28,904 nucleotides of DNA from positions 1 to 28,904 of IMG/VR virus record IMGVR_UViG_3300017911_000991; one strand, given 5' to 3'. Source of the stretch: a virus. Its lineage: Duplodnaviria > Caudoviricetes. The notes under the pieces were generated by a model. That model searched no databases, was not told the origin of the DNA, and worked only from the letters and a program-made list of their open reading frames with translations. A program made the translations under genes and the position numbers. Below, piece by piece: positions 8,041 to 15,339 of this stretch; position 1 is the first letter of the stretch; each line of letters starts with the position of its first letter.

Positions 8041-9231
8041 ATGCCAGGCGAGCTAAAGCTAGACCCGAAGTTAATGGAGTATTGCGTTTCAGAAGCTGAA
8101 AAACATTACCTAGATGCGGTGCTAAAAGCTGGCTCCTTATCAGGAGCAGCTCGCGCCTTAGAGACAAATCGTAATAACATACGTCAGGCGGTAGAGAGGG
8201 TGAGGCTTAGGGCCGCGAAGATGGGGTACGCCCCTGATGCACACCTAGTTCACCCGACTACCGCGCCCTTTGTCGTCAAGGGCACCTCTACTCTCTACGG
8301 GGATGATGGCCAGCCCAAGCTCCAATGGGTCAAGACCAACCTCGATAAAGATGCCCAGCTAGAGATCATGCGTCAGGCCGTGGAGGCCATTTGCGAGGAC
8401 GTAAAACCTACTAATGCGATCCCGGCTCCCCCTGACGTAAACGATCAACTCCTATCCATTTACCCCTGGGGTGATCCTCACGTGGGGATGTATGCCTGGG
8501 CTGATGAGGTGGGAGATAGCTTTGACCTTAAGATCGCTGAGCAGGATATGTGTAACGCGGTCGATTACTTGGTCGAACGGTCCCCCCCTTCAAAGCGCGG
8601 CGTCCTCATCAACCTCGGTGACTTCTTTCACTATACGAACATGGTTGGGACTACCGAGAGATCGGGCCATGTCCTCGACCGTGATTCTCGTACCGCGAAG
8701 ATGATCGACGTAGGGGTAAGGATCATCCGTAGGTGTATTGAGAGGATGCGTCAAAAGCATGAGATCGTAGAGCTAATCAACGCTCCCGGTAACCATGATG
8801 AAGTGTTCGCTTACTTCTTAAACATTATGTTCCGCACCCTCTATGAGAACGAACCTAGGGTTATCGTTTATGACGCTCCTACCACCCGCCATTACCTGAC
8901 CCATGGTAAGTGTATGATTGGCGTGGTCCACGGCCACCAGACCAAGGACCGAGACCTTCCGGGGATCATGGCTACAGAGCGGCCAGAGGAGTGGGGAAAG
9001 ACTAAACATCGTTTGTTCCTGCGCGGACACCACCATACGGACTCAAGGGTGGAATATAACGGGTGTGTGGTCGAGCAATGCCGCACCCTCTCGCCCGGGG
9101 ACTCTTACGCCGTGGGCGGTGGGTGGCTCTCAGGCCGTGACATGAAGTGCATTGTTTTACATGAGGAATACGGGGAACAGATGCGCCTTACCTGCGGAAT
9201 AGACGTACTACGAAATAAGGACCAAATGTGA
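8041..9231 (+). CDS. Calcineurin-like metallophosphoesterase with an N-terminal HTH-like segment
   Basis: GDPH, GDFFH, GNHD, HGH and GHHH metal-binding motifs. N-terminal GSLSGAARAL. Confidence 0.85.
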   Translation: MPGELKLDPKLMEYCVSEAEKHYLDAVLKAGSLSGAARALETNRNNIRQAVERVRLRAAKMGYAPDAHLVHPTTAPFVVKGTSTLYGDDGQPKLQWVKTNLDKDAQLEIMRQAVEAICEDVKPTNAIPAPPDVNDQLLSIYPWGDPHVGMYAWADEVGDSFDLKIAEQDMCNAVDYLVERSPPSKRGVLINLGDFFHYTNMVGTTERSGHVLDRDSRTAKMIDVGVRIIRRCIERMRQKHEIVELINAPGNHDEVFAYFLNIMFRTLYENEPRVIVYDAPTTRHYLTHGKCMIGVVHGHQTKDRDLPGIMATERPEEWGKTKHRLFLRGHHHTDSRVEYNGCVVEQCRTLSPGDSYAVGGGWLSGRDMKCIVLHEEYGEQMRLTCGIDVLRNKDQM

Positions 9232-9461
9232 ACACTTACGGAAACATGAAGGACAGCTTACGAAGGGTCGCTGATTATCAGGATGTCACTTGTGAGTGGA
9301 TGCCTGGGTACGGAGAGGACTGCTACCGGATCACCATTGACGAGGGATCCCAGACTCTCTCTGATGTCTTCTATATCTACAACGATGGCGACCTGAACCG
9401 CGCCATCAATGTTCTTTATAAGAGGGCTGGCTATGAACCGAATCGAATGGCAGGAGGATGA
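9228..9461 (+). CDS. Hypothetical protein
   Basis: GTGA-coupled to the upstream gene, AAGGA RBS. Confidence 0.55.
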   Translation: MNTYGNMKDSLRRVADYQDVTCEWMPGYGEDCYRITIDEGSQTLSDVFYIYNDGDLNRAINVLYKRAGYEPNRMAGG

Positions 9462-9612
9462 GGCGGACCAAGATGGCGAGGTAGCTATGAGCCTCGTCAT
9501 CATCTCAGGCGATCCTGCGCTATTGGCTAGAGCTAGGCGTATGTTCCGCCAGCTCTTAGAGGATAAGCCCAATCTAACGACCATACCAAGGAAAAACGAT
9601 GGCGGGGATTAA
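9433..9612 (+). CDS. Hypothetical protein
   Basis: ATG at 9433 with GAGG RBS, fills the operon gap. Confidence 0.5.
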   Translation: MNRIEWQEDEADQDGEVAMSLVIISGDPALLARARRMFRQLLEDKPNLTTIPRKNDGGD

Positions 9613-10003
9613 GCGAGACGCGGCGGACCACTACTTTTCGTTGTGCGTAAGAGCTAAAGCCAACTTCACCTGTGAGTTCTGCGGCAAGGAGTTCCCAGGG
9701 CCAGATCAAGGGCTACATTGCGCTCACATTGTAGGCCGCAGGAACGCCAGCACCCGCTGGTCCTTAGATAACGCGGTATCCCTCTGCTACTACCACCATC
9801 GCTACTTCACGGAGAACCCTCTCGACTTTATCCAGTGGCTAGCCTCGTATCTAGGGGAAGGCCACATGGAAAGGCTCATGGAGAAGAAGAACGAGGTCTA
9901 TAGGGTGCGAGTTCCTGAGAAAAAGCTCATTGCAAAGCACTACAGGGAGCAGTGGAAGGAGTGGGGTACAGGGGAGTCCATCGACTTTCTATCGTGGAAT
10001 TAA
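9599..10003 (+). CDS. ninG: NinG/Rap-like HNH endonuclease (resolvase)
   Basis: DHYFSLCVR, CEFCG, HCAHIVGRR and RWSLDNAVSLCYYHH motifs. Confidence 0.75.
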   Translation: MAGIKRDAADHYFSLCVRAKANFTCEFCGKEFPGPDQGLHCAHIVGRRNASTRWSLDNAVSLCYYHHRYFTENPLDFIQWLASYLGEGHMERLMEKKNEVYRVRVPEKKLIAKHYREQWKEWGTGESIDFLSWN

Positions 10004-10006
10004 GGC

Positions 10007-10032
10007 ATAAAAAAGGGCCCCCGGAGGGGCCC
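10007..10032 (-). terminator. Intrinsic terminator on the minus strand
   Basis: Minus strand reads GGGCCCC-TCCG-GGGGCCC-TTTTTTAT (UNCG loop plus U6). Confidence 0.85.
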
Positions 10033-10192
10033 ATATCACGGGAGAGAGAGGGACCGTGATGCGAAGCAGGCAGCTTCAAAGAAAATATACGCCTTGATAG
10101 AGAGAGGAGCAAGGGGTATAAAGTAAGCGTCGGTGGGGTTACCAGCCCCTAAAGAGCCGACGAGCAAGAGATAGGAATCAGTCACCCGACGC
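10008..10192 (-). ncRNA. Putative ~185-nt structured sRNA with CU-rich anti-RBS loops
   Basis: Bounded by a minus-strand promoter and terminator, contains no credible ORF. Stems at 10035-10060, 10086-10120 and 10128-10162. Confidence 0.7.
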
Positions 10193-10198
10193 ACGCGT

Positions 10199-10227
10199 AT
10201 TTTAGCGTCCAAGGTTGTCCATATCAA
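10199..10227 (-). promoter_or_regulatory. Sigma70-like promoter driving the sRNA
   Basis: Minus strand TTGATA (10227-10222), N17, TAAAAT (10204-10199). Confidence 0.75.
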
Positions 10228-10581
10228 TCCATGCTCGTCCTCTACCGTCCGGTACTGCTCACCGTAAGTCGAGCTGTCGCATCGCGCAGCCAGCAGTAAA
10301 GCGAGACGCTCAGGGACAACCTCTGAGGACGGGACAAACAGCGTATAGGTGCCATCAAATGATGGGGGGCGGTGTTGCGAGCCGCAGGTAAATCGTTGCT
10401 GATGACCGTTCCTGAGCTGGAAATATAAAGACATCGTGATTGGGGCACCAACAGTCCTCAAAAGACCTTCTATTGCCAAAAGCCTTTATTCCAAAAATAC
10501 CCTTTCTTATATCTAAAGGTTCTTGGACGAAATCAGGGCTTTTCCATAGGTTGTAGGTCCAACTTGAAAGCGGAGGGACAA

Positions 10582-10893
10582 ATGCCACGGTCAGCAAAAG
10601 CGTTAAGCCCAAAGGAGGTAGATGCGCTGACATGCAATACCCACCCTGAAACAGGAGAGGTAGTAGCTACATCGCACGCGGTTGGTGGTGTTCCGGGCCT
10701 TTACCTGCACATCAAGCCAGAGGGCGGACGTTCTTGGGTTTATCGAGCCTCCTTCAGAGGTAGGCGCATAAAGCGTGGGTTAGGGAGCTTCTCTTCTATT
10801 GGCCTCATAGCGGCACGCAAGGCAGCAAGCAGGATAGCGGAGGGGATGCTAGAGAACATTGACCCGATGGAGCAAAAGCGGGCACACCGATAA
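10582..10893 (+). CDS. Stand-alone integrase arm-type DNA-binding domain (P4-integrase N-terminus-like)
   Basis: GGVPGLYLHIKPEGGRSWVYR...GLGSFSSIGLIAAR...IDP. GGAGG RBS, ends at 103 aa with no catalytic domain. Confidence 0.8.
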   Translation: MPRSAKALSPKEVDALTCNTHPETGEVVATSHAVGGVPGLYLHIKPEGGRSWVYRASFRGRRIKRGLGSFSSIGLIAARKAASRIAEGMLENIDPMEQKRAHR

Positions 10894-10911
10894 CGATAAC
10901 GGAGAGAAAGA

Positions 10912-12429
10912 ATGCAGTTAAGACCACATCAGGAGAGAGCCGTAGAGATGCTGAGGGATTCTCTACGGAAAGGGAACAAGCGACCCATCCTCGCAGCCCC
11001 ATGTTCCTTCGGTAAGACGATCACGGCAGCACACCTTCTGGCTCAAGCAGCTAAGAAAGGGAAGCGCGGGTTTTTCTTTTGCGACAGGGTAAAGCTCGTT
11101 CAGCAGGCTCTAGCGTCTTTCGACAGCCAGGGCCTAGAGGTTGGGGTTATTCAGTCAACGCACGAGAGGACTAATCATGAGGCGCCTATCCAGATCGCCT
11201 CGATTCAGACTGTAGCCCGTAGATCAAATATCCCAGAGTTTGATTTTGCGGTGGTGGATGAATGCCACGTCCACTACAAGAGCCTCCAGAAGATCATGGA
11301 TCGCTACACCGCTGTCCCGTTTATCGGGCTGTCCGCAACCCCTTACGCGAAGAGCTTGGGTAAAGCATACGATGATCTAATCGTGCCGATCACTCCAGCG
11401 GAGCTTTTGGAGCAGGGTTACCTTTGCCCCGTGGATTACTTTGGAGGGCGCTCCATTGATATTCAGGGGGTAGCTGGTAGGGCTCTCCAGACAGGAGGGT
11501 CAGACTTTGACCCGAAGGAGATAGCTGCTAGGACAGAGAAAGACATCTACCTAACCGGCGACATCATCAAAAACTGGTTCAAGCACGCCCAAGGCCGCCA
11601 GACCATCGCTTTTAGTCCTTCGATCCGTCACAGCCGTGGCCTCGTAGAGCAATTCAATGCTGCTGGGGTTCCTGCGGTACACATTGACGGCTATATGGAT
11701 GACGAAGAGCGGCAGATCATCTACAAGGCTCATGACGATGGCGAGTTCCTTGTTTTGTCCTGCTCTCGATTGCTTAACGTAGGGTATGACGCGCCTAAGG
11801 TGTCCTGCCTGATTGATTGCTTCCCAACGCGGAGCGTCATCTCGTACGTTCAGAGAGCGGGCAGGGTGATGAGAACGTCTGAGGGTAAGGAGCGAGCAAT
11901 CTACCTCGACCACGCTGGCAACGTAGCCCGCCATGGGTTCGCGGAGCACATCGTGCCCGATTCACTAGACCGGGGAGAGGTTTACTTTAGCGAAAAGAAG
12001 CAGGCTAAGAAGGAGAAAGAAACGAGTCCTAAAGATTGCCCGCAGTGCTACCGCATCTTTACCGGCATCCGTTGCGCCTGTGGCTACACCATCCCGATGA
12101 CGGCCAGGATCAATACGGACGGGAAAGACCTAGACCGGATCACGGCTGATTACACGAAGCAACTAATTGACCGAAAGCGATGGCTTGATGAGCTGTCACT
12201 GATTGCGGCCACTAAGAACCATAAGCACGGATGGGCTGCTCATGTATTCAAGAGCAAGTTTAAGGAGTGGCCCTCGCCTAGTGAGAACCGCTGGTTAAAG
12301 CAGAGATACGCCGAATTACTGCAAAGCCCTCAGTCATTAGACAACGTGTCAAAGGACGTACGGGGATTCCTCAAGCATCTTAAGATCAAAGAGGCGTACC
12401 GAGGCTTTAGACAAAATACGACAGCATGA
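10912..12429 (+). CDS. Superfamily II DExH helicase (RadD/YejH-like) with C-terminal zinc finger
   Basis: LRPHQ, APCSFGKT, DECH, SATP, QRAGRVMR, CPQC...CACG. Confidence 0.92.
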   Translation: MQLRPHQERAVEMLRDSLRKGNKRPILAAPCSFGKTITAAHLLAQAAKKGKRGFFFCDRVKLVQQALASFDSQGLEVGVIQSTHERTNHEAPIQIASIQTVARRSNIPEFDFAVVDECHVHYKSLQKIMDRYTAVPFIGLSATPYAKSLGKAYDDLIVPITPAELLEQGYLCPVDYFGGRSIDIQGVAGRALQTGGSDFDPKEIAARTEKDIYLTGDIIKNWFKHAQGRQTIAFSPSIRHSRGLVEQFNAAGVPAVHIDGYMDDEERQIIYKAHDDGEFLVLSCSRLLNVGYDAPKVSCLIDCFPTRSVISYVQRAGRVMRTSEGKERAIYLDHAGNVARHGFAEHIVPDSLDRGEVYFSEKKQAKKEKETSPKDCPQCYRIFTGIRCACGYTIPMTARINTDGKDLDRITADYTKQLIDRKRWLDELSLIAATKNHKHGWAAHVFKSKFKEWPSPSENRWLKQRYAELLQSPQSLDNVSKDVRGFLKHLKIKEAYRGFRQNTTA

Positions 12430-12487
12430 GTCGCTGGGGAGGGAGTGAAGTGCAAAAGCTAGAGGCTTTTTTAGTTGAGGAGGGCAC

Positions 12488-12754
12488 ATGCTGGCGGAAG
12501 AGCTGAAGTGGATGTTAGCCAAGGGTTTCACGATGCAATATCGCCAACCCTCATCGGACAGCAGGCCGAGCATGACGCTATATGAATCACCAATATCAAG
12601 ATCGCGGACCTTTCCGCAAAGAGACATCAACGAGCAGGACCTCTGGGGAGGGGGACGGGATGCAGAGCTTGGAGCGTGGAACGAAGAAGAAGAGGGCACT
12701 AGAGCTGTGGGAAGAAGAAATGCTCACCGAAAGGCAAGCCGCAGCCCTTCTTAA
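12488..12754 (+). CDS. Hypothetical protein
   Basis: GAGGAGG RBS. Overlapping frames make the call uncertain. Confidence 0.35.
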   Translation: MLAEELKWMLAKGFTMQYRQPSSDSRPSMTLYESPISRSRTFPQRDINEQDLWGGGRDAELGAWNEEEEGTRAVGRRNAHRKASRSPS

Positions 12755-12869
12755 GGTCTTTGCCCAGTTGAATGATTGGGAGTACCTGAAGGGGGTTGAG
12801 AAGACCGCCTTTAGGCAAGGGGTCAGGAAGATAGCTAAAGCATGGGGGAATAGAGCAAATGATAGATGA
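12720..12869 (+). CDS. Hypothetical protein (may start at 12582)
   Basis: MLTERQAAALLKV..., overlaps the start of the next gene. Confidence 0.45.
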   Translation: MLTERQAAALLKVFAQLNDWEYLKGVEKTAFRQGVRKIAKAWGNRANDR

Positions 12870-13470
12870 CCTATTAGACCGGCTGGATAAGGTCCGCCAG
12901 ACCGGGGAGGGGCAATATGTGGCCTGTTGCCCTGTACACGGCGACAGGAACCCCTCTATGGGGCTCCGTGAGGTGATTGGGGACGATGGCTATAGGAAGG
13001 TACTGGTTCACTGCTTCGCCTGTCACGCGGGCGCACAGGAGGTCACAGGGGCATTGGGGCTTCCCATGTCTGTCCTATTTGAGAAGCCGCTAGACCGGGG
13101 TGGGGTAGGCACAAGCTCAAGCACAGGCCGAGGTGGGTCCGTTTGGGACGAATTCGACCGCCAATTGATGCCACTAGACCGGGGTAGGGTCAAAACAGGC
13201 ACAGGCCGAGGAGGGGTCAACGCAGGCACAGGCCGAGGAGGGGTCCAGCTAGACCGGGGTGGTCGTTCGATGCCACTAGACCGGGGACCATTGCCACTAG
13301 ACCGGGGAGGGGTCAGATTGACCCGAAAACAGCGCCAGGAGGTCGAATTGGATCGGCTCGTGCTCGCTGGGGCAGGGGAGGCGGAAAGGCAAGGGAAGCG
13401 CCTCTCGTATAAGGACTGGCAGCGGGTAAAACTGGCGCGGGCGAGACTGGAAACACTGGGGGATGAATAA
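12859..13470 (+). CDS. Primase-type zinc-binding domain protein without TOPRIM, with a repeat insertion
   Basis: ACCPVHGDRNPS...VHCFACH zinc finger and central LDRGG/TGRGG repeats. Confidence 0.75.
   Translation: MIDDLLDRLDKVRQTGEGQYVACCPVHGDRNPSMGLREVIGDDGYRKVLVHCFACHAGAQEVTGALGLPMSVLFEKPLDRGGVGTSSSTGRGGSVWDEFDRQLMPLDRGRVKTGTGRGGVNAGTGRGGVQLDRGGRSMPLDRGPLPLDRGGVRLTRKQRQEVELDRLVLAGAGEAERQGKRLSYKDWQRVKLARARLETLGDE
13090..13314 (+). repeat. G-rich direct-repeat cluster
   Basis: CTAGACCGGGG at 13090, 13174, 13249, 13276 and 13297. CACAGGCCGAGG at 13122, 13200 and 13227. Confidence 0.9.
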
Positions 13471-13636
13471 GCGGCCTTATTCGTCCACCAGACAGGCGTC
13501 CGAGAATGTGCTGAGCGACTCAAACCAATTGAGTCAACCTCCGATCAAAACCTGACCGCGCTTTGACTCGTTCGCGTTGCTATATAGTGGCAAGAGGTGT
13601 GAGCTTTGGTTATATGCTTAGGCCTAAATGGTCTAT

Positions 13637-13673
13637 GAAAAAGTTTGACATGCTCAAGGGTTCCGGGCATTCT
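13637..13673 (+). promoter_or_regulatory. Early promoter 1
   Basis: GAAAAAGT-TTGACA-N17-CATTCT. Confidence 0.8.
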
Positions 13674-13717
13674 GTACTCATGCCCTGACGGACAGGGCCC
13701 AGAGAGAGAGGAAGACT

Positions 13718-13969
13718 ATGAAAAAGCAACTAGCCGAAAACGTGCGAGCAGCGGGCGATCTGCTAGTCGTGAGCGACCGAGAATTGAAAAAAGAATGTCG
13801 CCGCTGGGCGGACCTTGTGTTGACAGGGGATCGCGCTGCTCTCTCTGAGCTAGACGACCGAATTACCACGCTTCAGCGGACGATCAAAGCGCTAGAGGCT
13901 GAATACGTGCGCCACCAGCACATTTGGAACGAATATAAAGCATCCCAAACTAAGACCCAATCGGTATAA
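13718..13969 (+). CDS. Hypothetical early protein, coiled coil
   Basis: Own promoter and AGAGAGAGAGGA leader. Confidence 0.7.
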   Translation: MKKQLAENVRAAGDLLVVSDRELKKECRRWADLVLTGDRAALSELDDRITTLQRTIKALEAEYVRHQHIWNEYKASQTKTQSV

Positions 13970-14006
13970 GAAAAAGTTTGACATGCCCAGAGATGGCAGG
14001 CATTCT
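13970..14006 (+). promoter_or_regulatory. Early promoter 2
   Basis: First 17 bp identical to promoter 1 (GAAAAAGTTTGACATGC), TTGACA-N17-CATTCT. Confidence 0.8.
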
Positions 14007-14053
14007 AGAACCATAGCCGGGACAAACCCGGCCCAACGAGAGAGAGAAAAACA

Positions 14054-14419
14054 ATGTCTAATCGGTTTGAAGGTTTCAAAGTTGGCACCATGATCGAGAC
14101 CGGCGCGCTTTATGGTCTGGAGATTCCCGCTTGGATTGATCAAGACATCACGGTCTGCGACGTTCGCGCGATCTGCCAAGGCGGCTGCGCCTCTGGTGCC
14201 TATATGCCAGCCGTTGTGTACTTTGAGGCCAAGCAGACGATGGCCCAGCACGGGGAAGACATCTTTGATTTCATCACTGATCGCCTGGGTGATTCTGGCC
14301 TCGATAACGATTGCACTAGCTACGGCATGAAGTGTTCCGCTTGGGTCTCCACGGCTGTGGAGCTTTGGGCCGCTGAAGCGCTCTTCATGATCGAGGAGCT
14401 AGAGGAGAAGGTGGCGTAA
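14054..14419 (+). CDS. Hypothetical acidic early protein
   Basis: Own promoter, GAGAGAGAG leader, 121 aa. Confidence 0.75.
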   Translation: MSNRFEGFKVGTMIETGALYGLEIPAWIDQDITVCDVRAICQGGCASGAYMPAVVYFEAKQTMAQHGEDIFDFITDRLGDSGLDNDCTSYGMKCSAWVSTAVELWAAEALFMIEELEEKVA

Positions 14420-14496
14420 TGGATTGGCTCATGCTTCTAGGCTTTGCCCTACTGGTCCCCCTTTCCATTGCTGAGCTTTTGGGGAGTATGAAATGA
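14419..14496 (+). CDS. 25-aa hydrophobic peptide (MDWLMLLGFALLVPLSIAELLGSMK)
   Basis: TAATG and ATGA overlaps with both neighbouring genes. Confidence 0.55.
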   Translation: MDWLMLLGFALLVPLSIAELLGSMK

Positions 14497-14687
14497 GCGA
14501 GCGAGCGTGTCTGATTCTATCCGGATTGGTGCTGACCTTAGTCGCGGCCTGCACTGCTCCTGGCCCTGACGATTACGAGGCAGCGCTGGAACAACAGCGC
14601 TTGTATAACGAGATGGTGTGCGACGGATTCTGGCCCCCTTACGATGGCCCCGCTGATTGCTTCCGAAATTATGGGGAAAAAGATTGA
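14493..14687 (+). CDS. Putative small lipoprotein
   Basis: Signal-like N-terminus with a lipobox-like LVAAC. Confidence 0.55.
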   Translation: MSERACLILSGLVLTLVAACTAPGPDDYEAALEQQRLYNEMVCDGFWPPYDGPADCFRNYGEKD

Positions 14688-14713
14688 CAACCCCGCCTAG
14701 GCCGTGGCTTAAT
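14676..14713 (+). promoter_or_regulatory. Early promoter 3
   Basis: GAAAAAGA-TTGACA-N18-CTTAAT with extended TG. Confidence 0.65.
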
Positions 14714-14743
14714 GGGGAACCTTTAGAGAGAGAGGTAGGATAA

Positions 14744-15106
14744 ATGAGCTGCTATATTGAACGCCTTACGAATGACTACTTGAACCGGAACGAAGAGGAA
14801 CACCTTCTGGACGAGCTTTGCGCGGAGAACGTGGGCCCTGAGGTGGATGCGTGGCTTGAGGCTAACCATTCCAACTTTGGAGAGATCACGGACTTCTGGG
14901 AAGCGATGGGCCTACACGAAGACGAGCTGCTCATGCTCATGGTGGAGAACACCACGCCCGAGGCTCGCATTAAGGCCATCGAGGAGCACGTGCACGTTTC
15001 GCCCTTCTCCGGTACGGAATACACGGGCCGCGAGCTGCTGGAAGAATGGTGCGCCTTGGACACCAAATACCGCGCCCGGATCGCCGAGGAGTTCTTAGGG
15101 TGGTAG
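14744..15106 (+). CDS. Highly acidic early protein
   Basis: About 28 D/E versus about 8 K/R in 120 aa (hand count), TAGAGAGAGAGGTAGGA leader. Confidence 0.75.
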   Translation: MSCYIERLTNDYLNRNEEEHLLDELCAENVGPEVDAWLEANHSNFGEITDFWEAMGLHEDELLMLMVENTTPEARIKAIEEHVHVSPFSGTEYTGRELLEEWCALDTKYRARIAEEFLGW

Positions 15107-15279
15107 CCCTTGAGATTGGGGCCGTCTGGGTCGAAGAGGACGAGGATGGCTCCTGGCACTGGCAGGTTGCATATAACAGGGACCCCACCGCTGAGGAGCG
15201 TGCTGGGGTTCACGCCGTCCTAGACTGCCTCTCGGCTATGTCAGAGGCCGCAAGGGAGAATGAGGGCCCCTTGCACTAG
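15100..15279 (+). CDS. Hypothetical protein
   Basis: GTG at 15100 with GAGGAG RBS. Confidence 0.55.
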   Translation: MVALEIGAVWVEEDEDGSWHWQVAYNRDPTAEERAGVHAVLDCLSAMSEAARENEGPLH

Positions 15280-15339
15280 GACAACCCCAGGGCCGTGGAC
15301 AGAGCCTCACAGAGAGACAGACAGAGGGAGAGAGACACC

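Noticed and set aside
10008-10460. tRNA, tmRNA, RNase P or self-splicing intron identity for the structured region
   Set aside because: No T-loop, tag frame, RNase P core or intron catalytic motifs recognised on either strand.
10036-10479. 147-aa minus-strand ORF across the non-coding gap
   Set aside because: TTG start, no motifs, and it crosses a predicted internal promoter and the hairpin array. The ncRNA reading explains the sequence better, though the ORF is not formally excluded.
10582-10893. Functional integrase as evidence of an integrated prophage
   Set aside because: No core-binding or catalytic domain, att site or host genes in the window.
13090-13314. CRISPR or mini-array interpretation of the repeats
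   Set aside because: Units are only 11-20 bp, irregularly spaced, in frame within a CDS, and lack unique constant-length spacers.
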